DNA of 64,000 bases from Candidatus Multivorans sp. (GCA_965262355.1 OZ253534.1:3343468-3407467), one strand, 5' to 3'; counted from the stretch's first letter, positions 38,954 to 48,905 are shown. The notes: generated from the sequence alone by a model not told the origin. Translations and numbers: made by a program.

Positions 38954-40018
38954 ATGAACCTCGACCAGGCCAACGCTCTCCGCTGGACTGCCGCCGTCCG
39001 CGGCTACTACGAGGTCTACTACCTGACGCTCAACGACTTGGCGAGCGAGACGGGCTGCTGGATCCGGTACGTGGTCCAGGCGCCCGAGCAGGCGGAGCGC
39101 AGCCCCGGTTTGGAGATCTGGTTCAGCTTCTTCGACCGCAGGAAGCCCACGCGCACTTTCGGCGTGTTCGAGCACCGTCCCCTCGCGACGCTCCAGTCCC
39201 GGACCGCCCCCTTTCGTCTCGGCTTCGGCGGCGGTCCGGTCGACGGAGGTCGCTTCGACGCTGCGGAACTACGCAACGGGCTGTCGCGGGGAGCGATCGG
39301 TTCGGGCGACCGGCGAGTCCGATGGGATCTGGAGTGGTCTCCAGAGTCCGAACTCATCCTGCCCTTTCCCGAAGAGCTCTACAGCTCGGGCGACGTGCCC
39401 GCAGCGATGCTCTACACGTACCCGGCGACCCAGTTAGCCGGGACGATCGAGATCGGGGACCGCCGGCTCCTGATCGAGGGCGCGCCGGGCGAGCAGAGCC
39501 ACAGCTGGGGCCGGAAGCACCCGCCGCACTGGCTCTGGGCCCACTGCAACCGATTCGCCGACGATCCGGCCGGCTACCTGGAGGTTTCCTGCATCCCGGC
39601 GTCCGCGGACGGACCGCCTCCCGTCCACATGATGATCGCCCGCATCCATGGCCGCGAAGTGCGGTTGATCTCGCCGCTGGACGGTTCCGCTGCAACCAGC
39701 GATTCGACTCCGGGCCGGTGGCGTTTCTCCGCCGAGTCCGAGCGTGAGCGAATCGAGCTGGAAGTGACCTGTCCTCTGGAGCTGATCCTCGAGGCGCCGT
39801 ACACCGACCCGGACGGGTCGAGCTGCTTCTGCCTGCACAGCGATCTGGCGAGCTGCCGGCTGCGCTTGTTCGAGCGGGGGAGTGGGAACTCCGGCCCGGC
39901 GCCGGAGTGGGAGAATGTCGGAGAACTCAACAGCAACGGTTGCTGCCACGTGGAGTGGGGGGACTGGCATGAGCATCCCGAGATCGACGGACGGATCCAG
40001 CGCGTCGGGCCAGCCTGA
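38954..40018 (+). CDS. Tocopherol cyclase/CrtC-like (lipocalin-like) domain protein
   Basis: GYYEVYYL, CWIRY, VRWDLEW, GEQSHSWGRKHPPHWLWAHCN, YTDPDG. Confidence 0.6.
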   Translation: MNLDQANALRWTAAVRGYYEVYYLTLNDLASETGCWIRYVVQAPEQAERSPGLEIWFSFFDRRKPTRTFGVFEHRPLATLQSRTAPFRLGFGGGPVDGGRFDAAELRNGLSRGAIGSGDRRVRWDLEWSPESELILPFPEELYSSGDVPAAMLYTYPATQLAGTIEIGDRRLLIEGAPGEQSHSWGRKHPPHWLWAHCNRFADDPAGYLEVSCIPASADGPPPVHMMIARIHGREVRLISPLDGSAATSDSTPGRWRFSAESERERIELEVTCPLELILEAPYTDPDGSSCFCLHSDLASCRLRLFERGSGNSGPAPEWENVGELNSNGCCHVEWGDWHEHPEIDGRIQRVGPA

Positions 40019-41516
40019 GCGAGCGCTGACTTCCAGACTCGGCGGCTGGCCTCTGGCGCTCGGCGCCCTGCTGGGGTCGCTCGCGCTCCTGGCCGGCTGC
40101 GCTCCCGCCGGTACGGACGCCGTCGACCCGGCGGCTTCCGGCGGGCCGCTCACGGTGGCCGAGACACCCTCTTCTGCACAAACCGCGGGCGGCGAGTTCA
40201 TCTCGTGGCGTGAGCACCGCATCGACGACGAGGAACTCTCCGGCGGCGTCCCGCTGCGCGGCGCCGACGGCCTGAAAATGGCCGACCTCGACGGCGATGG
40301 ACACCTGGACATCGTCTCCGTTCACGAGGACAGCGACCACGTCCGGCTCCACTTCGGGAGCGACGATCCCGACCGCTGGGCCAGCGTCACCCTGGCCGGG
40401 GGCAAGGAGGCGGCCGCGGCCGAGGACATCGCGATCGGCGACGTCAACAACGACGGTCTGCTCGACGTGCTGGTGGCGTGCGAGCTCGACCACCTGACCT
40501 ACTTCCAGAACCCGGGAACGGGAGTTCGGGACGGCCGTTGGCCGCGGCTGATCCCGTCGGTGACGGCGGGAAGGGGCTCCTGGATCCGGGTCTTTCTGGC
40601 GGATCTCGACCAGGACGGTCAGCTCGAGGCCATCGCGCCGAACAAGGGAGCGCAACAGCCGGAGGGCGAGCCGGTGCCAGACACCTTCCCCCTCGAGGAA
40701 GTGTCCCTGTTCAGGATCGACGGCGATCCCCTGGTCGATTCGAGCTGGACCGAGACCGTGCTGGCGACAGTCACCGTGCCGATGAACTCGAGGCCGGTCG
40801 ACCTGGACGGTGACGGCGATCTGGACATCCTCGCGGGCAGCCGCTCGGAAGCGAGGATCTTCTGGCTGGAGAACCTGCTCGAAGCCGGATCGGGAGAGCT
40901 GGCGTTCGAGGAGCATCCGATCGAGATCGTCGGCAGAACCGTGCCGTGGCAGCCGGGGCCGCGGCGCCTCACCGGCATGAACGTCGAGTTCACCGACCTG
41001 AACCACGACGGCCGGCTCGACTTGATCCTCCAGGAGACGCCGGTCCTCAACGTCTGGCTCGAGCAGCCGCCGGACCCGGTCATGGAACCGTGGACGATCC
41101 ATCCGATCGGAGACACGGCGCCCGACAATCCGACCGGTCTCGCGCTGTTCGACGACGACGGCGACCTCGATCTCTGGAGCGGCGGCTACAGCTCGCGGCC
41201 GCGCGACCGCGACGGCGAGGACAAGACCGCCGCCAGCGTCGCCGGCCGCCTGGGCTGGTTCGCCAATCCCGGCGATCCGACCGGCGAGTGGACCCGGCAC
41301 GACGTCTCCCGCCGCGTGCGCGGCATGTTCGACGAGTTCGTCGTCCTCGACATGGACCAGGACGGAGACAGCGATCTGGTCGCGACCCGCGGCAACAGCG
41401 GCCGCTACGACGGCGTCTTCTGGCTCGAACAGGTCCGCACCGCCGAACCCCAGCGCGCCTTCTTCCCGGCTCGCGAGTCCGAGAGCCGGCACCTGCCGCT
41501 GCCGTCTGGCGACTGA
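39969..41516 (+). CDS. FG-GAP/VCBS repeat lipoprotein, paralog of 27908-29410
   Basis: Lipobox LAGC; shared blocks ISWREHxIDD, DGLKMADLDGDGHLDIVSVHE and DGVFWLEQVRT. Confidence 0.87.
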   Translation: MSIPRSTDGSSASGQPERALTSRLGGWPLALGALLGSLALLAGCAPAGTDAVDPAASGGPLTVAETPSSAQTAGGEFISWREHRIDDEELSGGVPLRGADGLKMADLDGDGHLDIVSVHEDSDHVRLHFGSDDPDRWASVTLAGGKEAAAAEDIAIGDVNNDGLLDVLVACELDHLTYFQNPGTGVRDGRWPRLIPSVTAGRGSWIRVFLADLDQDGQLEAIAPNKGAQQPEGEPVPDTFPLEEVSLFRIDGDPLVDSSWTETVLATVTVPMNSRPVDLDGDGDLDILAGSRSEARIFWLENLLEAGSGELAFEEHPIEIVGRTVPWQPGPRRLTGMNVEFTDLNHDGRLDLILQETPVLNVWLEQPPDPVMEPWTIHPIGDTAPDNPTGLALFDDDGDLDLWSGGYSSRPRDRDGEDKTAASVAGRLGWFANPGDPTGEWTRHDVSRRVRGMFDEFVVLDMDQDGDSDLVATRGNSGRYDGVFWLEQVRTAEPQRAFFPARESESRHLPLPSGD

Positions 41517-41538
41517 AGGTCCGTCGCCGCGCCGCGGT

Positions 41539-42690
41539 TCACGCCCGCCCGTCGTAGAAGCGTTCACCGAAGCTCTTCAGCTTCTCGTCGTCGATCACGA
41601 TGCCGAGGCCTGGGCGCTGCGGCAGGTGGACGTAGCCGTCGCTGTCGACGCTGGTGGGCTCGGCGAGGAGGGCGTCGCGGCCCTCGAGCGTCCAGCCCGG
41701 CGGCTCGTAGGGGAACTCGCACCACTCGCAGTTGGGGCTGGCGGCCATCAGGTGGAGATTCGCGAGCAGGGCGAAGCCGTTGTTCCAGGTGTGGGCGGCG
41801 AATGCGAGGCCGTGGGTCTCGGCGAGAGCCGCCACCTTGCGGCAGCCCGCGATGCCGCCGAAGAACATGGCGTCGGCCTGGAGGATGTCGAGGCACTGCT
41901 TCTCGACCAGGAGTCCGTACTCGTTGAATCGCCAGTTCAGTTCGCCGCCGGCGAGTGGGATCGAGGTCCGCTGACGGAGTTCGGCCAGTGCTGCATAGTC
42001 GTTGCGGTCGAGCGGTTCCTCCAGCCAGGTCATGGCGCAGGGCTCGATGGCCTGGGCGAAGGCGGCGGCTGTGTCGGTGTCCCACTTCGGCGGTGCTCCC
42101 GGCCGGAGGGAGAAGTGGAAACCCTGGTTCGCGTCGACCATGAGCTTGAGGTCGGCGCCGACCGCGTCCCGCGCTCTCTCGATCACGGCCACGTCGTCGT
42201 GCCAGTCGTGGTGGTGGGCGCGAAGCTTGACGCCCTGGAAGCCCGTCTCCTTCAGTCGGAGCAGATTCTCGGCGCGCTCGTCCGGAGGGCGGAGTTCGGA
42301 AGTCGATGCGTAGGCCTTGATCCGGGTCCGGGTTCCGCCCAGCAGCCGGTAGACCGGTTCGTTCTTTACCTTGCCGGCGATGTCCCACAGCGCCGGTTCG
42401 AGCCAGGCCAGGCGGATGCCGAGCGCCTCTCCGGCGTCGAGCACGCTGCCGAAGCCCTCGATGTCGAGCGGGTCGCGCCCGAGGATGAAATGGCCCAGAG
42501 CGTCGCCGAGGCCGGCGTGAAACCGGCTCACGGTCATTCCCGCCGACTCGCCGACGACACCTTCGTCGGTCGTCATGCGGACGAAGGTCAGCTCGTTGTG
42601 CGTCTGTCCGACGCCGGGCTGCGCGGCAACGTGCAGAGGCGCCGGCAGGGGCGACGCGACGTGGTACAGCTCGAGCCGGTCGATCCTCAA
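41539..42690 (-). CDS. Mandelate racemase/muconate lactonizing enzyme family enolase
   Basis: ALWDIAGK, KLR, MVDANQ, WLEEP, AGGE, PGLG. TTG 42690 with TTGA overlap. Confidence 0.9.
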   Translation of the reverse strand: MRIDRLELYHVASPLPAPLHVAAQPGVGQTHNELTFVRMTTDEGVVGESAGMTVSRFHAGLGDALGHFILGRDPLDIEGFGSVLDAGEALGIRLAWLEPALWDIAGKVKNEPVYRLLGGTRTRIKAYASTSELRPPDERAENLLRLKETGFQGVKLRAHHHDWHDDVAVIERARDAVGADLKLMVDANQGFHFSLRPGAPPKWDTDTAAAFAQAIEPCAMTWLEEPLDRNDYAALAELRQRTSIPLAGGELNWRFNEYGLLVEKQCLDILQADAMFFGGIAGCRKVAALAETHGLAFAAHTWNNGFALLANLHLMAASPNCEWCEFPYEPPGWTLEGRDALLAEPTSVDSDGYVHLPQRPGLGIVIDDEKLKSFGERFYDGRA

Positions 42691-43700
42691 GGCGGCGGGC
42701 TGCCGAAGTCGACCGTCTCGAAGTCGAGCTGGTTGGGCACTCTCGGCGCGTAGCGGCCGCTCTGCTTGGCCCTGGCCAGGTGGTTCTCGGCCTGCGGGTC
42801 GGGCCCTTCGGGACGCAGCGCGCGCTGGAAGAAGCCGAGCATGTTCTCTATCCGCCGTGGGACCGAGCGTCCGGTGTGGGCGGCGCCCCGGACCAGGTGG
42901 TACTCGTGCGGGATGGCCGCGTCGAAGAGCAGGCGATGAACCAGCTCGGCGCTGAGGAACGTCAGGTTGGCATCCTCGTCGCCGGCCTCGACCAGGAGCT
43001 GCAGTCCGGAGGCGCGGAGCCGGTCGGCGCTGTCGATGACGATCGTCGGCGGATGGCGGGCCCGCCAGTACTCGATGTCGACGGGGTTGCCGAAGCGCTC
43101 GTGGAGGAACCGCATCGCGCCGGGACCGTAGGGCGTGATGTCGAGGTCGGCGAAGGAGGCCACCGGTGGGAATCCCGGTTCGAGGGCCGCCGCGGCCGCG
43201 AACGTCTCGGGGTTGCGGAGGCCGATCCGGAGCGTGCCCTGGCCCCCCGCGGAGCCGCCGCCGAGCACGGTGCCGGCCCGGTCCTGCGCCACGTTGTAGT
43301 GACCTCGGACGTGGGGCAGCAGCTCCTGGAGTATGAAGGTCTCCCAGCTCTTCCCACCGCCCTTCCAGTCGATGTAGTAGGAGCCGCCTGTGATCGGAGT
43401 GACGACCACGATGTGCTCGATCGTTCCCTCGTCCCAAGCGCGTTCGAGATGGGCGCGAAGACGACGCTCCAGGTTGCCCTCGCCGCTGGAGCCGCCGTGA
43501 AGCCAGAGCAGGAGCGGGTAGGGCTCGGCGCGTTCCGGGTCATAGGCCGGCGGCAGCAGCAGGTCGAACCGCGGCTCGCCGGGCACGAGCTCGCTAGCGA
43601 GGGCGTGGTTCGTAAGGCTGGACTCCTGCCCGGGACTCGCCGCGGCGCCCAGGAGGAGGGCGAGCATCGGGAGTGTGCTGATCAGTGAAACTCGGCGCAT
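42687..43700 (-). CDS. Exported esterase (S-formylglutathione hydrolase/Fes-like alpha/beta hydrolase)
   Basis: Signal peptide after a GGAGG RBS; YPLLLWLHG, GGSAGG, GAAH. Confidence 0.85.
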   Translation of the reverse strand: MRRVSLISTLPMLALLLGAAASPGQESSLTNHALASELVPGEPRFDLLLPPAYDPERAEPYPLLLWLHGGSSGEGNLERRLRAHLERAWDEGTIEHIVVVTPITGGSYYIDWKGGGKSWETFILQELLPHVRGHYNVAQDRAGTVLGGGSAGGQGTLRIGLRNPETFAAAAALEPGFPPVASFADLDITPYGPGAMRFLHERFGNPVDIEYWRARHPPTIVIDSADRLRASGLQLLVEAGDEDANLTFLSAELVHRLLFDAAIPHEYHLVRGAAHTGRSVPRRIENMLGFFQRALRPEGPDPQAENHLARAKQSGRYAPRVPNQLDFETVDFGSPPP

Positions 43701-43732
43701 GGTCGGACCTCCTGGAAGCGCGCGCGGCAGAA

Positions 43733-43820
43733 ACTGGGTGCGCCGGCGTGCCATCCGTACGACCGATGACGGTCGCACGGACTGGTTCGCGGGTGGCGCG
43801 GTTCCGCGCCACCCGGGTTC
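43733..43820 (-). ncRNA. Candidate structured leader element, copy A (two hairpins)
   Basis: 78/88 identical to 63194-63281, with compensatory changes in stem 2. May instead be a DNA repeat. Confidence 0.5.
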
Positions 43821-43922
43821 CCGCCGGCCTCCGGTCGTTCTGCCGCTCTGGCTCGTAGTCGAAGTCATCTGAACGTAGGCTCTCTAGTCTACGCATTGAT
43901 TGGACGAGAAGGGGCGCCTGGA

Positions 43923-45443
43923 ATGAACGCAGCACAGCTCGCCGTCGACAGTCTCGCCCGTTTCGGCGTCTATGACGCGGTGCGCTTCAGGGGCGAGACC
44001 AGAACCAACGAGGAGCAGGAACTGTTGGCACGCAAGCTGGCCGCTGTGTTGCGCTCGCGCGGCGTCGGGACAGGCGACCGGGTGGTCGTCATGATGCCGA
44101 ACTGCCCCGAGATCTTCTGCGCCTTCCAGGCGGTGTGGAAGCTGGGCGCCGTCATCCTGCCGGTCATGCCCCAACTCGGGGAGCGTGAGGTCGGCTATCT
44201 GCTCGAAGACTCGGGGGCGAAGGTCGCGCTCGTGGCGCCCGTCCTCGTTCCGGTGGTCGACGCGGCCAGGGGCGACGGCTCGACCTGCGAGGCGCTCCTC
44301 AGCCTGGGACCGGTCGAGAGGGGTGAGGCGTGCGACATTGCGGCCGAACTCGAAGCGGCGGCGCCCCTCGACATCCTGGTCGACCGGGCGGGCGACGATC
44401 TGGCCCTCCTGCTCTACACCTCGGGGACGACCGGGCGGCCCAAGGGGGTCATGCTCACCCACGACAACATCCTGTGGTCATCGCAGCAGATCGCCGGCAT
44501 GGCCGAGATGCCGGAGGGAATGCCGATCCTGCACGTGATGCCGATGGCCCACTCCTTCGGCGTCCTGATGATGTGCGTCGGCTTCGTCAAGGGCTTCAAG
44601 GCCACGCTGATGGTGCGCTGGGACACCCGCCAGGTGTTCGAGAACATCGAGCGCTACCGGATCGAGCGGCTGGGCATGGTGCCGACGATGCTCACCTACA
44701 TGCTCCACTTTCCGGAGCGCGAGCGCTACGACACGAGTTCCGTCAACTGGATCTGGTCGGGCGGGGCGGCGCTCGCCAACGAGGTTCGGGTCGATTTCGA
44801 GCGCGAGTTCGCCTGCACGGTGCGCGACGGCTACGGGTTGACCGAGTCCACCGCGGTCGCGACCGCCTACTCGGACACCGACGACTACCGGACGGGCGCT
44901 TGCGGCCGGGCGGTCGACGGTGTCGAGGTCGCCGTCCTGGACGACGATCACAACTGCCTGCCGGCCGGAACAGCGGGGGAAGTGTGCATCCGCGGCCGCA
45001 ACGTGATGAAGGGCTACTGGGGCAAGCCGGAGGCCACCGCCGAAGCGGTCCGCGACGGCTGGCTGCACTCCGGCGACATCGGAACCATGGACGCGGATGG
45101 CTTCCTGCGCATCACCGATCGCAAGAAGGACCTGATCATCAAGGGCGGCGAGAACATCTCACCGCGCGAGATCGAGGAGGCGGTCTACGAGCATCCGGCG
45201 ATCTCCGAGGTTGCGGTGGTCGCGGTGCCCCACAAGACCTGGGGCGACGACATCTGGGCGGCGGTGGCGTTCAAACCCGGCGCTGCCGCCAGCGACGAGG
45301 AGCTCCGCGCCCACACGGCGGGCTTCGTGACCCGCTTCAAGATCCCGAGCCGCTTCGTTGTCCAGGCGGAGCTGCCGAAGAACGCGGTCGGCAAGATCCT
45401 GAAGCGCGAAGTGAGGGAGCGGCTGCTCCGGGAGTTGCCCTAG
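43923..45443 (+). CDS. Long-chain acyl-CoA synthetase (AMP-binding)
   Basis: YTSGTTGRPKG, GYGLTE, SGDIG, DRKKDLIIKGGENISP, LPKNAVGK. Confidence 0.93.
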   Translation: MNAAQLAVDSLARFGVYDAVRFRGETRTNEEQELLARKLAAVLRSRGVGTGDRVVVMMPNCPEIFCAFQAVWKLGAVILPVMPQLGEREVGYLLEDSGAKVALVAPVLVPVVDAARGDGSTCEALLSLGPVERGEACDIAAELEAAAPLDILVDRAGDDLALLLYTSGTTGRPKGVMLTHDNILWSSQQIAGMAEMPEGMPILHVMPMAHSFGVLMMCVGFVKGFKATLMVRWDTRQVFENIERYRIERLGMVPTMLTYMLHFPERERYDTSSVNWIWSGGAALANEVRVDFEREFACTVRDGYGLTESTAVATAYSDTDDYRTGACGRAVDGVEVAVLDDDHNCLPAGTAGEVCIRGRNVMKGYWGKPEATAEAVRDGWLHSGDIGTMDADGFLRITDRKKDLIIKGGENISPREIEEAVYEHPAISEVAVVAVPHKTWGDDIWAAVAFKPGAAASDEELRAHTAGFVTRFKIPSRFVVQAELPKNAVGKILKREVRERLLRELP

Positions 45444-45471
45444 CAACTTGCGGGGCTCCGCCCGCATCCGC

Positions 45472-46377
45472 TCAGATCCCCGGGTCCACCCCGGTCATCT
45501 CCACCGACAGCTCCCAGAGCCGCTTGCCGAGTTTCGGGTCGCGGCTGGTCGGTGTCGCCCAGGCCTTGGCGGCGGGACCGCTCAGCTCTCCCCAGTTCCT
45601 CGGCCCGTAGTAGTCACCGCCAGCGACGCCGGCCGCCGTCGCGGCCATGAGCGTCGGCCATGCCCCCATCGCCTGGGTATTGAAGAAGGTGCGGACCAGG
45701 GGCGCCGCGAACTGGAACAAGGGGAAGTGGCGGCCGATCTCGGTCTGGGCCAAGCCTGGATGGCAGGCGACCGCGATCGTCCGGGAACCGCGGGCCTTGA
45801 GCCGCCGGTCGAGCTCGACCATGTGCAGCAGGTTCGCCAGCTTGCTCTGCTGGTAGCGAGCCTGGCGGCCGTAGAGCTTCGCGCCGTCGATGTCGTCCCA
45901 GTGGATGCGACCGCCCCGATGCGCGAGGCTGCTGGTGATGACGACGCGGCTGCCCTCGGTTTCCTCGAGCTTGGGCAGGAGGTGCCCGGTGAGCGCGAAC
46001 GGGCCGAGGTGATTGACGGCGAACTGTGACTCGAAGCCGTCCACGGTCAGAGCGCGGGGCGGCATCATGATGCCCGCGTTGTTGACGAGCACGTCGAGGC
46101 GCGGCTCGGCGGAAGCCTGCTCGGCCGCGGCGCGAACGCTCGCAAGGTCCGCCTGATCGAGCGGCAGGAACTCGACGTCCGCCTCAGGCGATTCGGCGCG
46201 GATCTTCGCGATGGCGTCCGTTGCGCGCTGCTCGGATCGGCATCCCAGCAACACCCGCCCACCGCGCTTCGCCAGCAACTTCGCCGTCTCGAAGCCGATG
46301 CCGGTGTTCGCACCGGTGACGATGAACGTGCGGCCCGACTGGTCTGCTACTTCGCGGTCGGTGAATCCTTGTGGCAT
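45472..46377 (-). CDS. Short-chain dehydrogenase (retinol DH/WWOX-like)
   Basis: TGANTGIG, NNAG, YQQSK, HPG. Confidence 0.93.
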   Translation of the reverse strand: MPQGFTDREVADQSGRTFIVTGANTGIGFETAKLLAKRGGRVLLGCRSEQRATDAIAKIRAESPEADVEFLPLDQADLASVRAAAEQASAEPRLDVLVNNAGIMMPPRALTVDGFESQFAVNHLGPFALTGHLLPKLEETEGSRVVITSSLAHRGGRIHWDDIDGAKLYGRQARYQQSKLANLLHMVELDRRLKARGSRTIAVACHPGLAQTEIGRHFPLFQFAAPLVRTFFNTQAMGAWPTLMAATAAGVAGGDYYGPRNWGELSGPAAKAWATPTSRDPKLGKRLWELSVEMTGVDPGI

Positions 46378-46458
46378 GAGCCTGGTCTCCTCGTGGTGTG
46401 CTTCCCGGCAGCCGATCCGGAGTGCGGCATCGTATGAATCTTCCGCCAGTATGGGACG

Positions 46459-46743
46459 CTATCGATACGCGGCGCCGCGGTGGGCGGCGGTGAGAAGGAA
46501 GACGAGCCGATCGTCTTCATCGATCTCGTAGAAGAAGCGCCAGGCCCCGATGCGGTAGCGCCAGGTCGGCGGCTCATAGCCTTTGAGGCGCCGAATGTGC
46601 GGGCCGATGTGGGGGTGCTGGCGCAACTGCGGGTACACGACCCTTGTCAGCTTGTCGACGACGGCTCGATGGCCGGCGCGGGCGAGCCGGCGTAGGTCCC
46701 GATCGAACTGCTCGGTCTCAAACAGCCGATAGTCAGTCAACAA
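46459..46743 (-). CDS. RelE/ParE family toxin
   Basis: IRRLKG...WRYRIGAWRFFYEID...AHRGAAYR. Confidence 0.87.
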   Translation of the reverse strand: MLTDYRLFETEQFDRDLRRLARAGHRAVVDKLTRVVYPQLRQHPHIGPHIRRLKGYEPPTWRYRIGAWRFFYEIDEDDRLVFLLTAAHRGAAYR

Positions 46744-46975
46744 GCGCGCCTTTGCGCCGCGCCGCGTCGTGCGAGCCCGCTTTCAGCCGGTTCAGCAACG
46801 ACTCGTCCTCCAGAATCTCGGCCATCTCCGCGTCGTCCACGAACTGCTGCTCGCGTACCTTGGCGAGCGCCGCTGTCTGGATGAGATTCGACAGAGGCCT
46901 GTTCTCCGCGCGTGCGGCTTCCTTGAACTCCTCGTAAGTCGCCTCGTCAAGCCTCAGGGTGACCGTCTTGCTCAT
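46733..46975 (-). CDS. Ribbon-helix-helix antitoxin
   Basis: MSKTVTLRLDEATYEEFKEAARAENRPLSNLI; overlaps the toxin gene. Confidence 0.82.
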   Translation of the reverse strand: MSKTVTLRLDEATYEEFKEAARAENRPLSNLIQTAALAKVREQQFVDDAEMAEILEDESLLNRLKAGSHDAARRKGALVD

Positions 46976-46978
46976 GGC

Positions 46979-47004
46979 GAACACGGTAGCATGCAGATGT
47001 GTTC
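46979..47004 (-). promoter_or_regulatory. Extended -10 (TGcTACCGT) within the inverted repeat GAACAC...GTGTTC; likely TA promoter/operator
   Basis: The -10 hexamer at 46988-46983 lies 7 nt before ATG 46975. Confidence 0.5.
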
Positions 47005-47068
47005 TACTTCGGCTCTGGAGTGGCGAGACCGGCTCAAAGGAGGCGACCAACATGACTCTGAGCGACAG

Positions 47069-48871
47069 ATGAACAGGCGCAGTGTCACGTTCCTCGCGCT
47101 GTCGACCGCCCTTGCGGTCGCGTGGCCGCCCATGACGGGCGCGACCGCTGGGGCACAGGGAGCACAGGAGTCTTCGTCCGGCGACTTCGTCCCGGTCACC
47201 GACGCCATGCTGCAGAACCCCGAGCCGGAAGATTGGCTCAGCTTCCGCCGCACCCTCGACGCCTGGGGCTACAGCCCGCTCGACCAGATCACGAGGGAGA
47301 ACGTCGCGCGGATCCGGATGGAGTGGACTCGATCCATGGCCTCAGGAAGCGCCGAGACCACGCCGCTGGCGTACGACGGCGTCCTGTACCTGGCCAATGC
47401 GCAGGACATCGTCCAGGCGCTGTCCGCCGAGACCGGGGATCTGATCTGGGAGTACCGGCGCGATCTGCCGGAGGGCGTCTGGGGTTACGTCGGCCCACTC
47501 GCTCGCAAGACGCGCAACATCGCCATCTGGGGCGAGTACATCCTCGGCGCCAGCGCCGACCTCTACGCCTATGCCCTCAATGCTGTGACCGGCGAACTCG
47601 CCTGGGAAACCCGGATCCTCGACTACAAGGCCAACCCGGCCCATCACAGCGCTGGGCCGATCGTCGCCGACGGCAAGCTCATCTCGGGGCGGAGCTGCAG
47701 GCCCCTCGGGGGCCCCGACGCGTGCGTCATCCTCGCCCATGACGCCCAGACCGGTCGGGAACTCTGGCGACGCCGCACGTTGCCGGCGCCCGGCGAGCCG
47801 GGAGACGAGACTTGGGGCGCGGTGCCCTACGAAGACCGCCGGCACGTCGGGACCTGGATGCCACCGAGCTACGACCCGGACCTGGAACTCGTCTACATCG
47901 GCACCGGCGTCACGGCGCCGGCGCCGAAGTTCATGCTCGGCGGCGCCGATCTCACGCACCTGTACCACAACTCGACCCTGGCTCTTGACGTCTCGACCGG
48001 CGAGATCCGCTGGTACTACCAGCATCTGAACGACTCCTGGGACCTCGATCATGTGTTCGAGCGCATCCTGGTCGACACGGTGGTCGCGCCGGCGCCGGAA
48101 ACGGTCCAGTGGATCAACCCGCGGCTCAAGACGGGCGAGGTGCGCAAGGTCGTCACCGGTATCCCCGGCAAGACCGGCCTGGTCTACACCCTCGACCGTG
48201 CCACCGGTGAGTTTCTCTGGGCGACGCCGACGGTGCCGCAGAACGTGATCACAGGCATCGACGGCGCGACCGGTGAGGTCAGCCTGAACGAAGAGGTGAT
48301 CTTCCGCGAACTCGAGCAGGTGATGTTCATCTGCCCCTCGTGGGCGGGCGGCAAGGACTGGGAAGCAGGGGCCTACAGCCCACTCACGCGCACCATGTAC
48401 TTCCCGCTGCGACAGGCGTGCGCCGAGATGCTCGTGACGACCGATTTCAAGAGCGAGAAAGTCAAGGCCCTGGACCAGACCGTCGCGCACTACGCCCTGG
48501 GCGCCAACCACCGGCTGGCGCCGGGCACTGATCAGCTCGGCACGGTGCGGGCGATCTCGGTGGAGACCGGTGAGACGCAGTGGGTCTACGAAACGCGGGC
48601 CGCCACCTTCTCGCTGCTTGCTACCGGCGGGGCTTTGCTGTTCGGGGGCGACCAGGGCGGCCGTTTCCGGGCCCTGGACCAGGAGACCGGCGATGTGCTG
48701 TGGGAGATCAACCTGGGCGCGCCGGTGATGGGCTTCCCGATCACGTACTCCCACTCCGGCCGCCAGTACGTGGCCGTCAACACCGGTCCGGGCCGGCTGA
48801 CCAACGCGCGCATGACCCCCGAACTCCGCCCGAGCCGTGGGAGCAATCTGTTCGTGTTCGCGTTGCCGTAG
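47069..48871 (+). CDS. PQQ-dependent dehydrogenase (alcohol dehydrogenase-like family)
   Basis: Signal peptide; GYSPLDQI, TPLAYDG, SYDPDL, WDLD, GGKDW, GRQYVAV. Confidence 0.88.
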   Translation: MNRRSVTFLALSTALAVAWPPMTGATAGAQGAQESSSGDFVPVTDAMLQNPEPEDWLSFRRTLDAWGYSPLDQITRENVARIRMEWTRSMASGSAETTPLAYDGVLYLANAQDIVQALSAETGDLIWEYRRDLPEGVWGYVGPLARKTRNIAIWGEYILGASADLYAYALNAVTGELAWETRILDYKANPAHHSAGPIVADGKLISGRSCRPLGGPDACVILAHDAQTGRELWRRRTLPAPGEPGDETWGAVPYEDRRHVGTWMPPSYDPDLELVYIGTGVTAPAPKFMLGGADLTHLYHNSTLALDVSTGEIRWYYQHLNDSWDLDHVFERILVDTVVAPAPETVQWINPRLKTGEVRKVVTGIPGKTGLVYTLDRATGEFLWATPTVPQNVITGIDGATGEVSLNEEVIFRELEQVMFICPSWAGGKDWEAGAYSPLTRTMYFPLRQACAEMLVTTDFKSEKVKALDQTVAHYALGANHRLAPGTDQLGTVRAISVETGETQWVYETRAATFSLLATGGALLFGGDQGGRFRALDQETGDVLWEINLGAPVMGFPITYSHSGRQYVAVNTGPGRLTNARMTPELRPSRGSNLFVFALP

Positions 48872-48905
48872 AGTGCGCTCAACCAGCACCCTCGGGAGTC
48901 ACGCC

